This document shows, one piece after another, positions 20,874-29,782 of a DNA stretch of 64,000 nucleotides. Each line of letters opens with the position of its first letter. Within the stretch, counting starts at the first letter, position 1. The notes beneath the pieces were generated by a model. The model saw only the letters and a program-made list of their open reading frames with translations, was not told where the DNA came from and ran no database searches. Origin of the DNA: Candidatus Binatia bacterium (GTDB lineage: Bacteria > Desulfobacterota > Binatia > UBA9968 > JAJDTQ01); the NCBI GenBank assembly GCA_963666515.2, contig OY762897.2, forward strand, positions 2,272,001 through 2,336,000, read 5' to 3'. A program made the position numbers and the translations under genes.

Positions 20874-21743
20874 TCATTTCGGCATCGGCCCCACCAGCAG
20901 CGCGGGGTCGAGGCGGCGGCCGAACAGGTTGATGCGCCAGTCGAGGTGGGGGCCGGTGGAGCGGCCGGTGGAGCCGACCTCGGCGATGGGCTGTCCCTGC
21001 TTCACCCGCTGGCCCTTCTTTACCAGGATGCGCGACAGGTGGAGGAACGCGGACGAGAGGCCGTGGCCGTGGTCGACGATCATGGTGCCGCCGGAAAAGT
21101 ACATGTCCCGGTGCACCAAGGTGACCACGCCGGCGGCGGGCGCCGCCACCCGGGTGCCCTTGGGCGCGGCGATGTCGATGCCGTAGTGGGGACGGCGCGG
21201 CTCGCCGTTCAGGATGCGCTGGGAGCCGTAGACGCCGCTGATGCGGCCCTTTACGGGCCAGCGGAAGCCTCCGAGGAAGTCGGTGCGCGGGTCATCGACC
21301 TTGCGCGCGCGCTTCACCAGGGCGACCTCCCGGCGGATGCGCTTGAGATCCTCCTTGCTGGGCGTCACCTTGCGCGGCGGCAGGCCGTCGATGCGCTGAA
21401 CGTTGTACTTGCGGGGCTTGACCACCAGCCCGTACCGCTGGCGCCGTCCGTCCGGGAAGACCACCGACAGCACGGCCCGCGGCGGGGCGTCGCGCCCGAA
21501 GCCGACGAGGAACCAGCCGTCACGGGAGACCCGCACCCGCTCGCCCTCGAACTCCACGACGGAACCCGGCGCCACGCGCCCGCGCAGCAGACCGCCCTGG
21601 ATCCGCGCGCCGTCCAGTTGAACCGCAGCCTCAGCGGCCCGCGACGCATCCGCGGGTAGCAGCACGAACAACGCCGCCAGACAAAGCGCCGTCAACGTCC
21701 ACCGGGACCGCAAACCAGGTACGTTCGTAACAGGTACGTTCAC
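20874..21743 (-). CDS. M23 family metallopeptidase
   Basis: HYGID and STGPHLDW Zn motifs; signal-like hydrophobic segment; start uncertain (21713-21806). Confidence 0.88.
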   Translation of the reverse strand: MNVPVTNVPGLRSRWTLTALCLAALFVLLPADASRAAEAAVQLDGARIQGGLLRGRVAPGSVVEFEGERVRVSRDGWFLVGFGRDAPPRAVLSVVFPDGRRQRYGLVVKPRKYNVQRIDGLPPRKVTPSKEDLKRIRREVALVKRARKVDDPRTDFLGGFRWPVKGRISGVYGSQRILNGEPRRPHYGIDIAAPKGTRVAAPAAGVVTLVHRDMYFSGGTMIVDHGHGLSSAFLHLSRILVKKGQRVKQGQPIAEVGSTGRSTGPHLDWRINLFGRRLDPALLVGPMPK

Positions 21744-21947
21744 GGGATCAACCAAGACTGACGCGGAGCAACGTATCCTTCCTGTTGTGTCGCCAAGCGT
21801 CTGCATCTACAACATATGGTGTATGCGGGCTCCGGTGTCAACCGACCGGCCGGCTGCGGTCTTGACTTGGCGCTGCTTCGGTGGTCCGATGGAATCGGAA
21901 CAGGCTGGCGGTCCCTGCGCGGTCGGACGGAAAGGGAAAGGCGCCCG

Positions 21948-22436
21948 ATGGCACAGTGCGGTGATGGTTCCGGAGACGGCGGCACGACGCGGCGCGGCAC
22001 TCTCGCGCTGATCCTCATGGGCGCGGGGCTCGTCTTGAGCTACGGCCTGCTGGCCGCCCAGGGCTTCCTGTTTCTCCTGCCCCGGCGCCTCCGGCCCGAG
22101 GTCCGCTGGCTGTTCGCCGGACGGCTGGACCACTACCGGGAAGGCGCCGTCCGCAAGTTCACCGGCCTCGACGGCACGGAAATCCTCATCAAGCGCAGTC
22201 CGGGCGGCATCGAGGCCTTCAGTTCGGTGTGCCCCCATCTCGGGTGTCGCGTCCACTGGGTGCCGTCCCGGAAAGAGTTCTTCTGTCCCTGCCACAACGC
22301 GGTGTTCGACGGCGACGGCGTGGCCGTCTCCGGTCCGCCCGCGGACGCGGGACAGCGCCTGGCGCGGGTTCCGCTGAGGGTCGACGACGCCAGCAACGTC
22401 GTCTACGTCGGCGTCAGGGACACGGGCAAGGGTTGA
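21948..22436 (+). CDS. Rieske [2Fe-2S] subunit of quinol:cytochrome c reductase
   Basis: CPHLGC and CPCH boxes; twin-Arg-like TTRRGTL plus TM helix. Confidence 0.92.
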   Translation: MAQCGDGSGDGGTTRRGTLALILMGAGLVLSYGLLAAQGFLFLLPRRLRPEVRWLFAGRLDHYREGAVRKFTGLDGTEILIKRSPGGIEAFSSVCPHLGCRVHWVPSRKEFFCPCHNAVFDGDGVAVSGPPADAGQRLARVPLRVDDASNVVYVGVRDTGKG

Positions 22437-22443
22437 CGAAGCC

Positions 22444-23502
22444 ATGAGCAAGCCTCCCGGAGCCGGCCGCCTGCAAGCCATGTTCCCGTTCGACTGGGAG
22501 CTGCTGAGGCACGCCGGCGCCGAGCCCATCCCCAACCACCTGAAGAAGTGGTGGTTCTGCCTGGGCGGCACCGTCCTCTACCTCTTCATCGTCCAGGTGG
22601 TCACGGGCATCGCCCTGACCTTCTACTACGTGCCCTCCGCGGAGGAAGCCTACGCCAGCGTGGCCGCCATCACCCGCGAGGTCCGCTTCGGCTGGTTCAT
22701 CCGCTCGCTGCACAAGTGGGCCGCCAACCTCATGATCATCGCCGTGATGCTCCACATGCTGCGGGTGTTCGTCACCGGCGCCTACCGCCACCCGCGGCAG
22801 CTCAACTGGTGCGTGGGCTTCCTGCTGTTGCTGGTGACCCTGGGCTTCGGCTTCACGGGCTACTCGCTCGTCTTCGAGCAACTGAGCTTCTGGGGCGCCA
22901 CCGTGGCCACCAACCTGGCCGAGGCGGTGCCGCTGGCCGGGCCGTGGATGGCGCACTTCCTTCGCGGCGGCGCCGAGGTCGGCGGCGCCACGCTGACCCG
23001 CTTCTACATCCTCCACATCGGCGTGCTGCCGACGGTGGCGTTCGCGCTGCTGGCGCTGCACATCCTGCTGATCCGGCTGCAGGGCGTCACGGAACTGGAG
23101 CCGCCGGACGAAGAAGACACGGCCGGGAAACGCCACTTCCCCTTCTGGCCGGACCACGCCACCACCGAGATCCTGATCGGCGTGCTGCTGATGTATCTCC
23201 TGACCATCCTGGCCCTGGTCTTCCCCGCGGGGCTCGGGCCGGCCGCCGATCCCACGCAGACCCCCGATCACATCAAGCCCGAGTGGTTCTTCTATTTCAG
23301 CTTTCGCCTGCTCAAGCTGACGTCGCTGCGCGTGAGCGTGGCGCTGACCGTGGCCATGGGCGCCATCGCCTTCTTCTGGCCCTTCATCGAGGAATGGTGC
23401 CGGCGCCGCTGGCGGGTGCCCGACGGCGTCCCGGTGACCCTGGGCACCCTGGCCTTTCTGGTCTTTCTCGTGCTGACCGTGTGGGAATCCTTTGCCGACT
23501 GA
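22444..23502 (+). CDS. cytochrome b6-type subunit fused with subunit IV
   Basis: WFCLGG, four heme His (RSLHKW..MLHM; ILHI..ALHI), GFTGYSL, HIKPEWF Qo motif. Confidence 0.92.
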   Translation: MSKPPGAGRLQAMFPFDWELLRHAGAEPIPNHLKKWWFCLGGTVLYLFIVQVVTGIALTFYYVPSAEEAYASVAAITREVRFGWFIRSLHKWAANLMIIAVMLHMLRVFVTGAYRHPRQLNWCVGFLLLLVTLGFGFTGYSLVFEQLSFWGATVATNLAEAVPLAGPWMAHFLRGGAEVGGATLTRFYILHIGVLPTVAFALLALHILLIRLQGVTELEPPDEEDTAGKRHFPFWPDHATTEILIGVLLMYLLTILALVFPAGLGPAADPTQTPDHIKPEWFFYFSFRLLKLTSLRVSVALTVAMGAIAFFWPFIEEWCRRRWRVPDGVPVTLGTLAFLVFLVLTVWESFAD

Positions 23503-23526
23503 CCGTCACGAGTCTGGAGCCATGCC

Positions 23527-25122
23527 ATGAGCCTGACCTTCAAACGCTACGTCATTGCCGGCCTGTCCTTCCTCTTCCTCGGGGCGCTTCTGCTGGTGGC
23601 CTGGCAGGAGTCCCGGCGCCACCGGGTGGATCAGGGCCACGAGCCCGTGGTCACCGCGGCCAACCAGGCGTGCGTGACCTGCCACAAGGTCGATTCACCG
23701 GCCATGGTCATGCAGTGGGAGCAGTCCCGGCACGCCCGCTTCGGCGTGGGCTGCGTCGATTGCCACCGGGCGGTCGAGGGCGACATCGACGGCTGGATGC
23801 ACGAGGGGACGCTGGTCTCGGCGCTGGTGACGCCCCGCGACTGCGCCCGCTGCCACGTGCGGGAAGAGGAGCAGTTCGCGCGCAGCCACCACGCCCGCGC
23901 CGGCGAGATCCTGGCGAGCCTCGACAACGTGCTGGCGGAGAAGGCCGCCGGCATGCCCGGCAACATCGCGGACGCGGTCAACGGCTGCTGGCAGTGCCAC
24001 GGCAGCATCATCAGGTTCAAGCGGGACGCGGACGGCGCGGTGCTGCGCACGGGCAAGGAGAACAAGCCGGTCATCGACCCGGACACCTGGCCCAACAGCG
24101 GCATGGGGCGCCTCAACCCCGACGGCTCCAAGGGGTCGTGCCACGCGTGCCATTCACGCCACTCGTTCCAGGCCAAGCTGGCGCGGGCGCCGGAGAACTG
24201 CGGCAAGTGCCACATGGGACCCGACCATCCGCAGATCGAGATCTACAACGAGTCGAAGCACGGCATCGCCTTCTACGCCAACCGCGCGAACATGGCGCTG
24301 GACAAGGAAGGCGACTGGGTGCTGGGACGGGACTACGCCGCCGCGCCCACCTGCGCCACCTGCCACGTCAGCAGCCACATGACGCCGCAGGGCGTCCGCA
24401 CGGGCAACAAGCACGACGTGGGCGAGCGCATAAGCTGGACGCTGCGGCCGGTGATCAGCACCAAGCTCAACCGGGTCGTCTTCAAGGACGGCTACCAGGA
24501 AGACTACCCGGATACCCGGGCGCTGCCGGAGATCGGCGCCACCGTGGACACCGTCGAGAAGGTCGTGCGCAACGAGAGGCTGGTGAACCGGACGGTGCCG
24601 CGCCAGGTGGCCCGCATCGTGACCTGGGAGCAGCGGCGGGAGAACATGAAGCAGGTCTGCCGCAACTGCCACAACGACACCTACATCGACAACTTCTACC
24701 GCCAGTTCGACCAGCTCGTGGTGCTCTACAACGAGAAGTTCGCCCGCCCGGCGCAGCGGATCATGAACGAACTGAAGGCCGACGGCGTGCTCCGGGCCAA
24801 CGCCCCCTTCGAGCACGACGTGCAGTGGGACTTCTGGGAGCTGTGGCACCACGAGGGCCGCAGGGCGCGCCACGGCGCCAGCATGATGGGGCCGGACTAC
24901 ACCCACTGGCACGGCATGTACGAGGTCTCCAAGCACTTCTACCTGAAGTTCCTGCCCCACGTCATCAAGGCCGCTGCCACCAAGGGGCCGGAGATGAAGG
25001 ACAAGTACACCCGGCGGGTCCAGGAGCTGCTGGCGCGGCCCGAGAACGTTTGGCTCAAGGGCCTCAGCGCCGAGGAGGCGGAGGCGCTGCGCAAGGCGTA
25101 CGAGGAACGTTACGACCAGTGA
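23527..25122 (+). CDS. membrane-anchored octaheme cytochrome c, hydroxylamine oxidoreductase (HAO) family
   Basis: Eight CxxCH (CVTCH, CVDCH, CARCH, CWQCH, CHACH, CGKCH, CATCH, CRNCH); GPDHPQIEIYNESKHG and MMGPDYTHWHG HAO-family motifs; N-terminal TM helix. Confidence 0.9.
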   Translation: MSLTFKRYVIAGLSFLFLGALLLVAWQESRRHRVDQGHEPVVTAANQACVTCHKVDSPAMVMQWEQSRHARFGVGCVDCHRAVEGDIDGWMHEGTLVSALVTPRDCARCHVREEEQFARSHHARAGEILASLDNVLAEKAAGMPGNIADAVNGCWQCHGSIIRFKRDADGAVLRTGKENKPVIDPDTWPNSGMGRLNPDGSKGSCHACHSRHSFQAKLARAPENCGKCHMGPDHPQIEIYNESKHGIAFYANRANMALDKEGDWVLGRDYAAAPTCATCHVSSHMTPQGVRTGNKHDVGERISWTLRPVISTKLNRVVFKDGYQEDYPDTRALPEIGATVDTVEKVVRNERLVNRTVPRQVARIVTWEQRRENMKQVCRNCHNDTYIDNFYRQFDQLVVLYNEKFARPAQRIMNELKADGVLRANAPFEHDVQWDFWELWHHEGRRARHGASMMGPDYTHWHGMYEVSKHFYLKFLPHVIKAAATKGPEMKDKYTRRVQELLARPENVWLKGLSAEEAEALRKAYEERYDQ

Positions 25123-25192
25123 GATCCCTCGCGGCCAACGGAGTACGGGAACCGTTGCGGAGGAATCGGCGTCCGGAGGTTGCCGGCCGGGA

Positions 25193-26503
25193 TCAGGGCT
25201 TCGTGCCCACCGCCGAGTGGAACGGTTGCGAGATGAAGAACTGGTTGCCGGCCGAGGCAATCGCGTCCCGCCACTCCTCGGCCTCCTCCGGCGTCAGCCG
25301 CGAGGCCATGCGTTCCTGCTGCTGTTGCAACCGCTCCCCTGATGCGTAGGTGGCGTACTGCGGCAGCATGACCACGTCCCGGAGTCCGGCCCGCTCCATG
25401 CGCTCGTAGAGGCTCGCGTCCGCGCAACCGCCCCGCACCACGTCGCCGTAGCCGGTCTGGGCCTTGTGCTTGAGGTCGGACCGTAGCGGCAGATTGACCC
25501 ACCACGGCATGTCCAGGGAACGGACGATGGCCGCCACCTTGCCGCCGGGCCGGGTGACCCGAACCAACTGGGCCAGCATGGCGTCGGCGTCGCCTTCCTC
25601 CATGACCGTGAACGCCAGGGCTGCGTCGAACCGGCCGTCGGCGAACGGCAGTTCCTCGCCGTTGGCGCTCCGCCACTCGATGACGCCGTCGAGCCCTTCG
25701 CTCACCGCCAGCTTCCCCGCCTCGCGAAGCAGATAGTTGTTGATGTCCGCGCCCACGATGGGGTTGCGCTTATCGGTGTAGCGGGCCAGCCAACGCGCCA
25801 CCGTGCCGGCGCCGCAACCCACCTCCAGCACCGTCTGACCGGGTTCGAGCCCGACCTCGTCCACCACGCTCCGCACCACCCGCAGGTATCCGGGGCCGCG
25901 GGTCTCCAGGAAAGCCACCATGCCCAGGTAACGGCCGCCCAGGGTCACGGTCGTGTAACGCTCGGCGAGGGCGGGCAGCAGCGGATCCCACTGCGACGCC
26001 GCCAAGCCTAGCGGAAAGAGCAGCAGCGGCGGCCCCGATCCCCGGACCGTGTAGGAGATGCCGGCCTCCTCACCCTCCCCTTCCGGGATCTGAACCGACG
26101 GCAGCGGACTCTCCCTGTCCCGAACCGCGAGAAACTCCAGCATGGCCGACCCGACCTCGCCGGTGCGGTCCGCCATGACGTCCGCCCACATGGGGCTGAA
26201 GTAGTCGCGCAGCATGGTCAACGTGGTCCCCGGCAACCCGTCCACCGCACGCATGAGATCGCCCACCACGTTCCCTCCATCGCCCGATACGATCAGCAGC
26301 CGCGACGCATGGGGACGCAGCACCTCGGTCTTCATGCCCCGCGGACAGATGAGGGTGAGCGACGCCACCGCCGCCGGGTGCTGCTCCAGCAACCCGCTCC
26401 AGTCGCCGGGCAGGTAGGCCGCCACATGGGCCTTTTCGATGCCCAGGCGCCGCAGCAACTCGACGACACGGTCCTCCACCGAACGATTTTCCTGTGTGAC
26501 CAC
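25193..26503 (-). CDS. class I SAM methyltransferase with N-terminal alpha/beta-hydrolase-like region
   Basis: VLEVGCGAG motif I, LPFADGRFD, RVTRPGG; hydrolase-like GSGPPLLLF segment; GGAGG RBS before GTG. Confidence 0.82.
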   Translation of the reverse strand: MVTQENRSVEDRVVELLRRLGIEKAHVAAYLPGDWSGLLEQHPAAVASLTLICPRGMKTEVLRPHASRLLIVSGDGGNVVGDLMRAVDGLPGTTLTMLRDYFSPMWADVMADRTGEVGSAMLEFLAVRDRESPLPSVQIPEGEGEEAGISYTVRGSGPPLLLFPLGLAASQWDPLLPALAERYTTVTLGGRYLGMVAFLETRGPGYLRVVRSVVDEVGLEPGQTVLEVGCGAGTVARWLARYTDKRNPIVGADINNYLLREAGKLAVSEGLDGVIEWRSANGEELPFADGRFDAALAFTVMEEGDADAMLAQLVRVTRPGGKVAAIVRSLDMPWWVNLPLRSDLKHKAQTGYGDVVRGGCADASLYERMERAGLRDVVMLPQYATYASGERLQQQQERMASRLTPEEAEEWRDAIASAGNQFFISQPFHSAVGTKP

Positions 26504-26615
26504 GGTGTCCCTCCTGTACTTGCCGACGGTTCAGCGTTAGTGAATTTCCCACGGCGTATCAAGTCCACCGCACGAGTCCCCGGCCCCACATTTCCATTGC
26601 AGCAGATCGTCAATT

Positions 26616-26715
26616 CGTCATTCCGGCGAAAGCCGGAATCCAGGGGCGGCGGCAGGCCGGGGCCGCAGTGCCGGCCGGCCCTACCCCCTGGATTCCGGCT
26701 TTCGCCGGAATGACG
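26616..26715. repeat. REP/REPIN-like doublet with perfect 31-bp terminal inverted repeats
   Basis: cgtcattccggcgaaagccggaatccagggg (26616-26646) and its exact reverse complement (26685-26715). Confidence 0.85.
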
Positions 26716-26771
26716 GGTGCAGGCTATGGCAGCCCGGCCCGGCGTGACGGGTGCGGGCGTTGAGCCTCGCC

Positions 26772-26800
26772 TTGACCCCTCTCCGCATTCACGCCACTAT
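26772..26800 (+). promoter_or_regulatory. putative sigma-70 promoter
   Basis: TTGACC-17 bp-CACTAT upstream of carboxyltransferase copy 1. Confidence 0.45.
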
Positions 26801-26836
26801 GAGCAGTCTGCAACAGCACATCTTTCAGGAGACCAC

Positions 26837-28327
26837 ATGAGCGACATTCACTTCATCGACACGACCCTGCGCGACGGCAACCAGAGCCTGTGGGCGCTCA
26901 ACATGAAGACCGCGGCCATGGTGGAGGCCGCGGAGCAGATGGACCAGGCGGGCTTCGAGTCCATGGAGTTCTTCGTCACCAACATGTTCAAGAAGTACGT
27001 GCGCGAGCACAAGGAGGACCCGTGGGACTGGCTGCGGGAAGGCACCAAGCGGCTGCGCAAGACCGAGCTGCGGCTCCACGGCGGGCTCAAGGGCGGGCTC
27101 GAGAAGAAGCCGGCGTCCATCCTCAGACTCATCATCCAGAAGGTGGTGGACAGCGGCATCACGCTGACGCGCACGTCCAATAGCTGGAACGACTACGAGG
27201 TCTTCGGCGAGGAAGTGAAGGGGCTGCGCGAGCTGGGCATGGAAACCGTGGTGAACCTCATCTACTCGGTGTCGCCCCGGCACACCGACGAGTACTACGC
27301 GCAGAAGGCCCGGGAAGCCGCGGCCATCAAGCCCTACCGCATCTGCTTCAAGGACGTGGGCGGGTTGCTCACGCCGGAGCGCACCCGCTCGCTGGTCCCC
27401 TTGGTGTTGGAGAACATCGGCGACACCCCGGTGGAGTTCCACGCCCACTGCAACAACGGCTTGGCGCCGCTCAACTACCTGGAAGCCATCGAGCTGGGCA
27501 TGACCACCATCCACACCAGCGTGCCGCCGCTGGCCAACGCCTCGGCCCAGCCCTCCATCTTCAACATGGTGCGGAACATCCGCGCCGTGGGGCACACGCC
27601 GCTGGTGGACGAAGAGGTGCTGCGGCCGGTGGAGCAGCACTTCACCTACGTGGCCAGGCGCGACGGCCTCCCCATCGGCAAGCCCGTGGAGTACAACCAC
27701 GGCCAGTACCTGCACCAGGTGCCCGGCGGCATGATCTCCAACTTCGTGCACCAGCTCAAGCTCGTGGGCATGGAGGACAAGCTGCCGGCGGCGCTGGAGG
27801 AGGCCGCGCGGGTGCGCGCCGAGTGGGGCTATCCCATCATGGTGACGCCATTGTCGCAGTTCGTGGGCACCCAGGCGGCGTTCAACGTCATCCTGGGCGA
27901 GCGCTACAAGGAGGTGGCAGACCAGTCCATCCAGTACGCCCTGGGCATCTGGGGCCGGGAAGGCGCCGAGCTCATGGACCCCGACGTCAAGGACAGAATC
28001 CTGAGCCGCCCCCGGGCCAAGGCCTGGACCGAATGGGAGCAGCCGGAGCCGTCGCTGGCGGAGTTGCGGGGACAGGTGGGTGGACCCTCGATTTCCGACG
28101 AGGAGCTGGTGCTGCGGGTCTACGCCGGCGTGGACGAGGTCAGGACCATGATGGAGTCCGGCCGCCCGCGCGAGTACCTGAGCGCCCGCCAGCCGCTGGT
28201 GCGGCTCATCAACGAGCTGACCAAGCAGAAGGAGTACACCCAGGTGTACATCCGCAAGCCGGGCTTCTCCCTCACCCTGGGGCGGAACGCCGACGGAGAC
28301 GCGACCGAAGGTACTGCCGCCGCGTAG
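26837..28327 (+). CDS. pyruvate carboxylase subunit B/OadA-like carboxyltransferase, copy 1 (no biotinyl domain)
   Basis: DTTLRDGNQSL, FKDVGG, EFHAHCNNG, HQVPGGM, GYPIMVTPLSQ; no EAMKM biotin motif. Confidence 0.85.
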   Translation: MSDIHFIDTTLRDGNQSLWALNMKTAAMVEAAEQMDQAGFESMEFFVTNMFKKYVREHKEDPWDWLREGTKRLRKTELRLHGGLKGGLEKKPASILRLIIQKVVDSGITLTRTSNSWNDYEVFGEEVKGLRELGMETVVNLIYSVSPRHTDEYYAQKAREAAAIKPYRICFKDVGGLLTPERTRSLVPLVLENIGDTPVEFHAHCNNGLAPLNYLEAIELGMTTIHTSVPPLANASAQPSIFNMVRNIRAVGHTPLVDEEVLRPVEQHFTYVARRDGLPIGKPVEYNHGQYLHQVPGGMISNFVHQLKLVGMEDKLPAALEEAARVRAEWGYPIMVTPLSQFVGTQAAFNVILGERYKEVADQSIQYALGIWGREGAELMDPDVKDRILSRPRAKAWTEWEQPEPSLAELRGQVGGPSISDEELVLRVYAGVDEVRTMMESGRPREYLSARQPLVRLINELTKQKEYTQVYIRKPGFSLTLGRNADGDATEGTAAA

Positions 28328-28579
28328 CGGCGGGGTTCAAAGTGTGCGGAGACCGGCTGGCGTAGGCTGCGCGCGCTTCGTGACCTGATCGCTCCCAAGC
28401 CCGCGCCAGTGCCGACCAAGGCCGAAGTCAAGGAACAGGTCAAGATTCGCCATCAGGACGGCTCCTTGCCCGACCCTGACGAATTGGCCCGTCGGGGTCA
28501 CCTCACTGGGAACATCCCTGGAAGGAGTTTTGCTTCAGGGTGGCAGCGAAGTTATCTATGCCATCGTGCTTGCGAACGC

Positions 28580-28609
28580 TTGAAAGGCGCATAGCGGATA
28601 CGCTATATG
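28580..28609 (+). promoter_or_regulatory. promoter/operator of toxin-antitoxin pair
   Basis: TTGAAA-18 bp-TATATG overlapped by palindrome ATAGCG-gata-CGCTAT (28591-28606); start codon 7 nt downstream (leaderless). Confidence 0.55.
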
Positions 28610-28616
28610 CCTAGAT

Positions 28617-28940
28617 GTGGGATGGCAGGTCGAAACCGTTTCCAGTGTCGATGCCGAAATCGCGGCCCTGCCGGTGAAGTTGCGTGCCCGGCTGGTGCGG
28701 CTGCTGGAGACAGTGGAGAACGTCGGTCTGGAGGCATTGCGGGAACCGCACGTCAAGCATCTCGAAGGCAAGCTCTGGGAACTACGGGTCAGGGCTGAAG
28801 GGGGGACCGCCAGGGGGATCTATGTGACAGCGGCGCAACGACGGGTGGTGGTCCTGCATGTGTTCGTAAAGAAGTCGCGGAGGACACCGCTTCGGGCTCT
28901 CGCGACAGCCAGGGAACGTATGAAGCAGGTGAAGCTATGA
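28617..28940 (+). CDS. RelE/ParE (Gp49/HigB-like) toxin
   Basis: EPHVKHLEGKLWELRV, VVLHVFVKKSRRTP motifs; toxin-first arrangement. Confidence 0.88.
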   Translation: MGWQVETVSSVDAEIAALPVKLRARLVRLLETVENVGLEALREPHVKHLEGKLWELRVRAEGGTARGIYVTAAQRRVVVLHVFVKKSRRTPLRALATARERMKQVKL

Positions 28941-29221
28941 CCAGACTGAAGGAACTGAAGAAGCGTCTTATGGAAGACCCGGAATTCCGGGAGGAGTACG
29001 CGCGGATTGATGACGAGTACACGCTGATCGAGGCGCTGGTTCGTGCCCGCACGGCGGCGAAGCTGACGCAGGCGGAACTGGCCCGGCGCCTCGGCACGAC
29101 GCAGTCGGCCATCGCGCGGCTGGAGGGCGGCGGAGTGTCGCCGTCGTTTACCACCTTGCGCCGCTACGCTGAAGCGACCGGCACGCGGCTGACCGTTGAG
29201 TTGGTACAAGCCAACCGCTGA
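28937..29221 (+). CDS. XRE-family HTH antitoxin (HigA-like)
   Basis: LTQAELARRLGTTQSAIARLEGG HTH; ATGA overlap with the toxin. Confidence 0.88.
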   Translation: MTRLKELKKRLMEDPEFREEYARIDDEYTLIEALVRARTAAKLTQAELARRLGTTQSAIARLEGGGVSPSFTTLRRYAEATGTRLTVELVQANR

Positions 29222-29303
29222 AGGGGGCATGCTTCACCCCGCGATGGCGCCAAGCCGTCATGCAGAATCCTCCCGAGCCCGAACGCTTCTGAAACGCCGC
29301 TTC

Positions 29304-29638
29304 TCAACTCAGCACCCGCAAGGCGGTCTCCGGCATCTTGTCGAGAACCCGGGCAAGGCTCTGGCGGCGCCGGTGGGGCCGCGTTTGCCCTGCTCCCAGT
29401 TGCGGACCGTCTCGTGCGACACGTCGATGCGTCGCGCGAACTCCACCTGCGTAAGCCCGAGGCGCCGACGAACGCGGCGCGCGAACCGCGCCATGTCGCG
29501 CATCGCCTCGGCATCGTCCTCCCGCTGCTGCGATGCGAGGTCCGCCTCCGTGGCGCCGTCCACGACCGCATGATCGATCCTCCCCTCGGGCAGGCTGCGC
29601 GGATCGTCCGGATCAATCCTTACGCGCTTCGTGTTCAT
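29304..29638 (-). pseudogene. HTH antitoxin with a 1-nt frameshift near the C-terminus
   Basis: LTQVEFARRIDVSHETVRNWEQGKRGPTGAARAL, then the expected RVLDKMPETALRVLS* continues in another frame after ttgcccgggtt (about 29352). Confidence 0.7.
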
Positions 29639-29748
29639 ACTCGCGAACCTCCTTCCCGTTGGCCTTGCGGGCCGAGATGATGCGGATGGCTGAGCCGCGC
29701 ATGGGAAAAACAGTCATCGCTCTTGGCATCGTCCCACTCGAAGTCCAT
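29613..29748 (-). pseudogene. BrnT-family toxin remnant with internal deletion
   Basis: N-terminus MDFEWDDAKS joined out of frame to C-terminus RGSAIRIISARKANGKEVREYE; middle of the gene missing. Confidence 0.75.
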
Positions 29749-29753
29749 GTGCT

Positions 29754-29782
29754 GATATAGGCCAATGGCCTACAAAGGTCAA
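29754..29782 (-). promoter_or_regulatory. promoter/operator of decayed BrnT module
   Basis: Minus strand TTGACC-17 bp-TATATC with palindrome TAGGCCA-n-TGGCCTA (29758-29772). Confidence 0.65.

Noticed and set aside
21716-21741. caggtacgttc duplication near the M23 gene start
   Set aside because: Only two 11-bp copies in a region of uncertain start; no supportable function
22548-25349. 933-aa plus-strand ORF across cytochrome b and HAO genes
   Set aside because: Off-frame, Arg/Pro/Gly-rich shadow ORF
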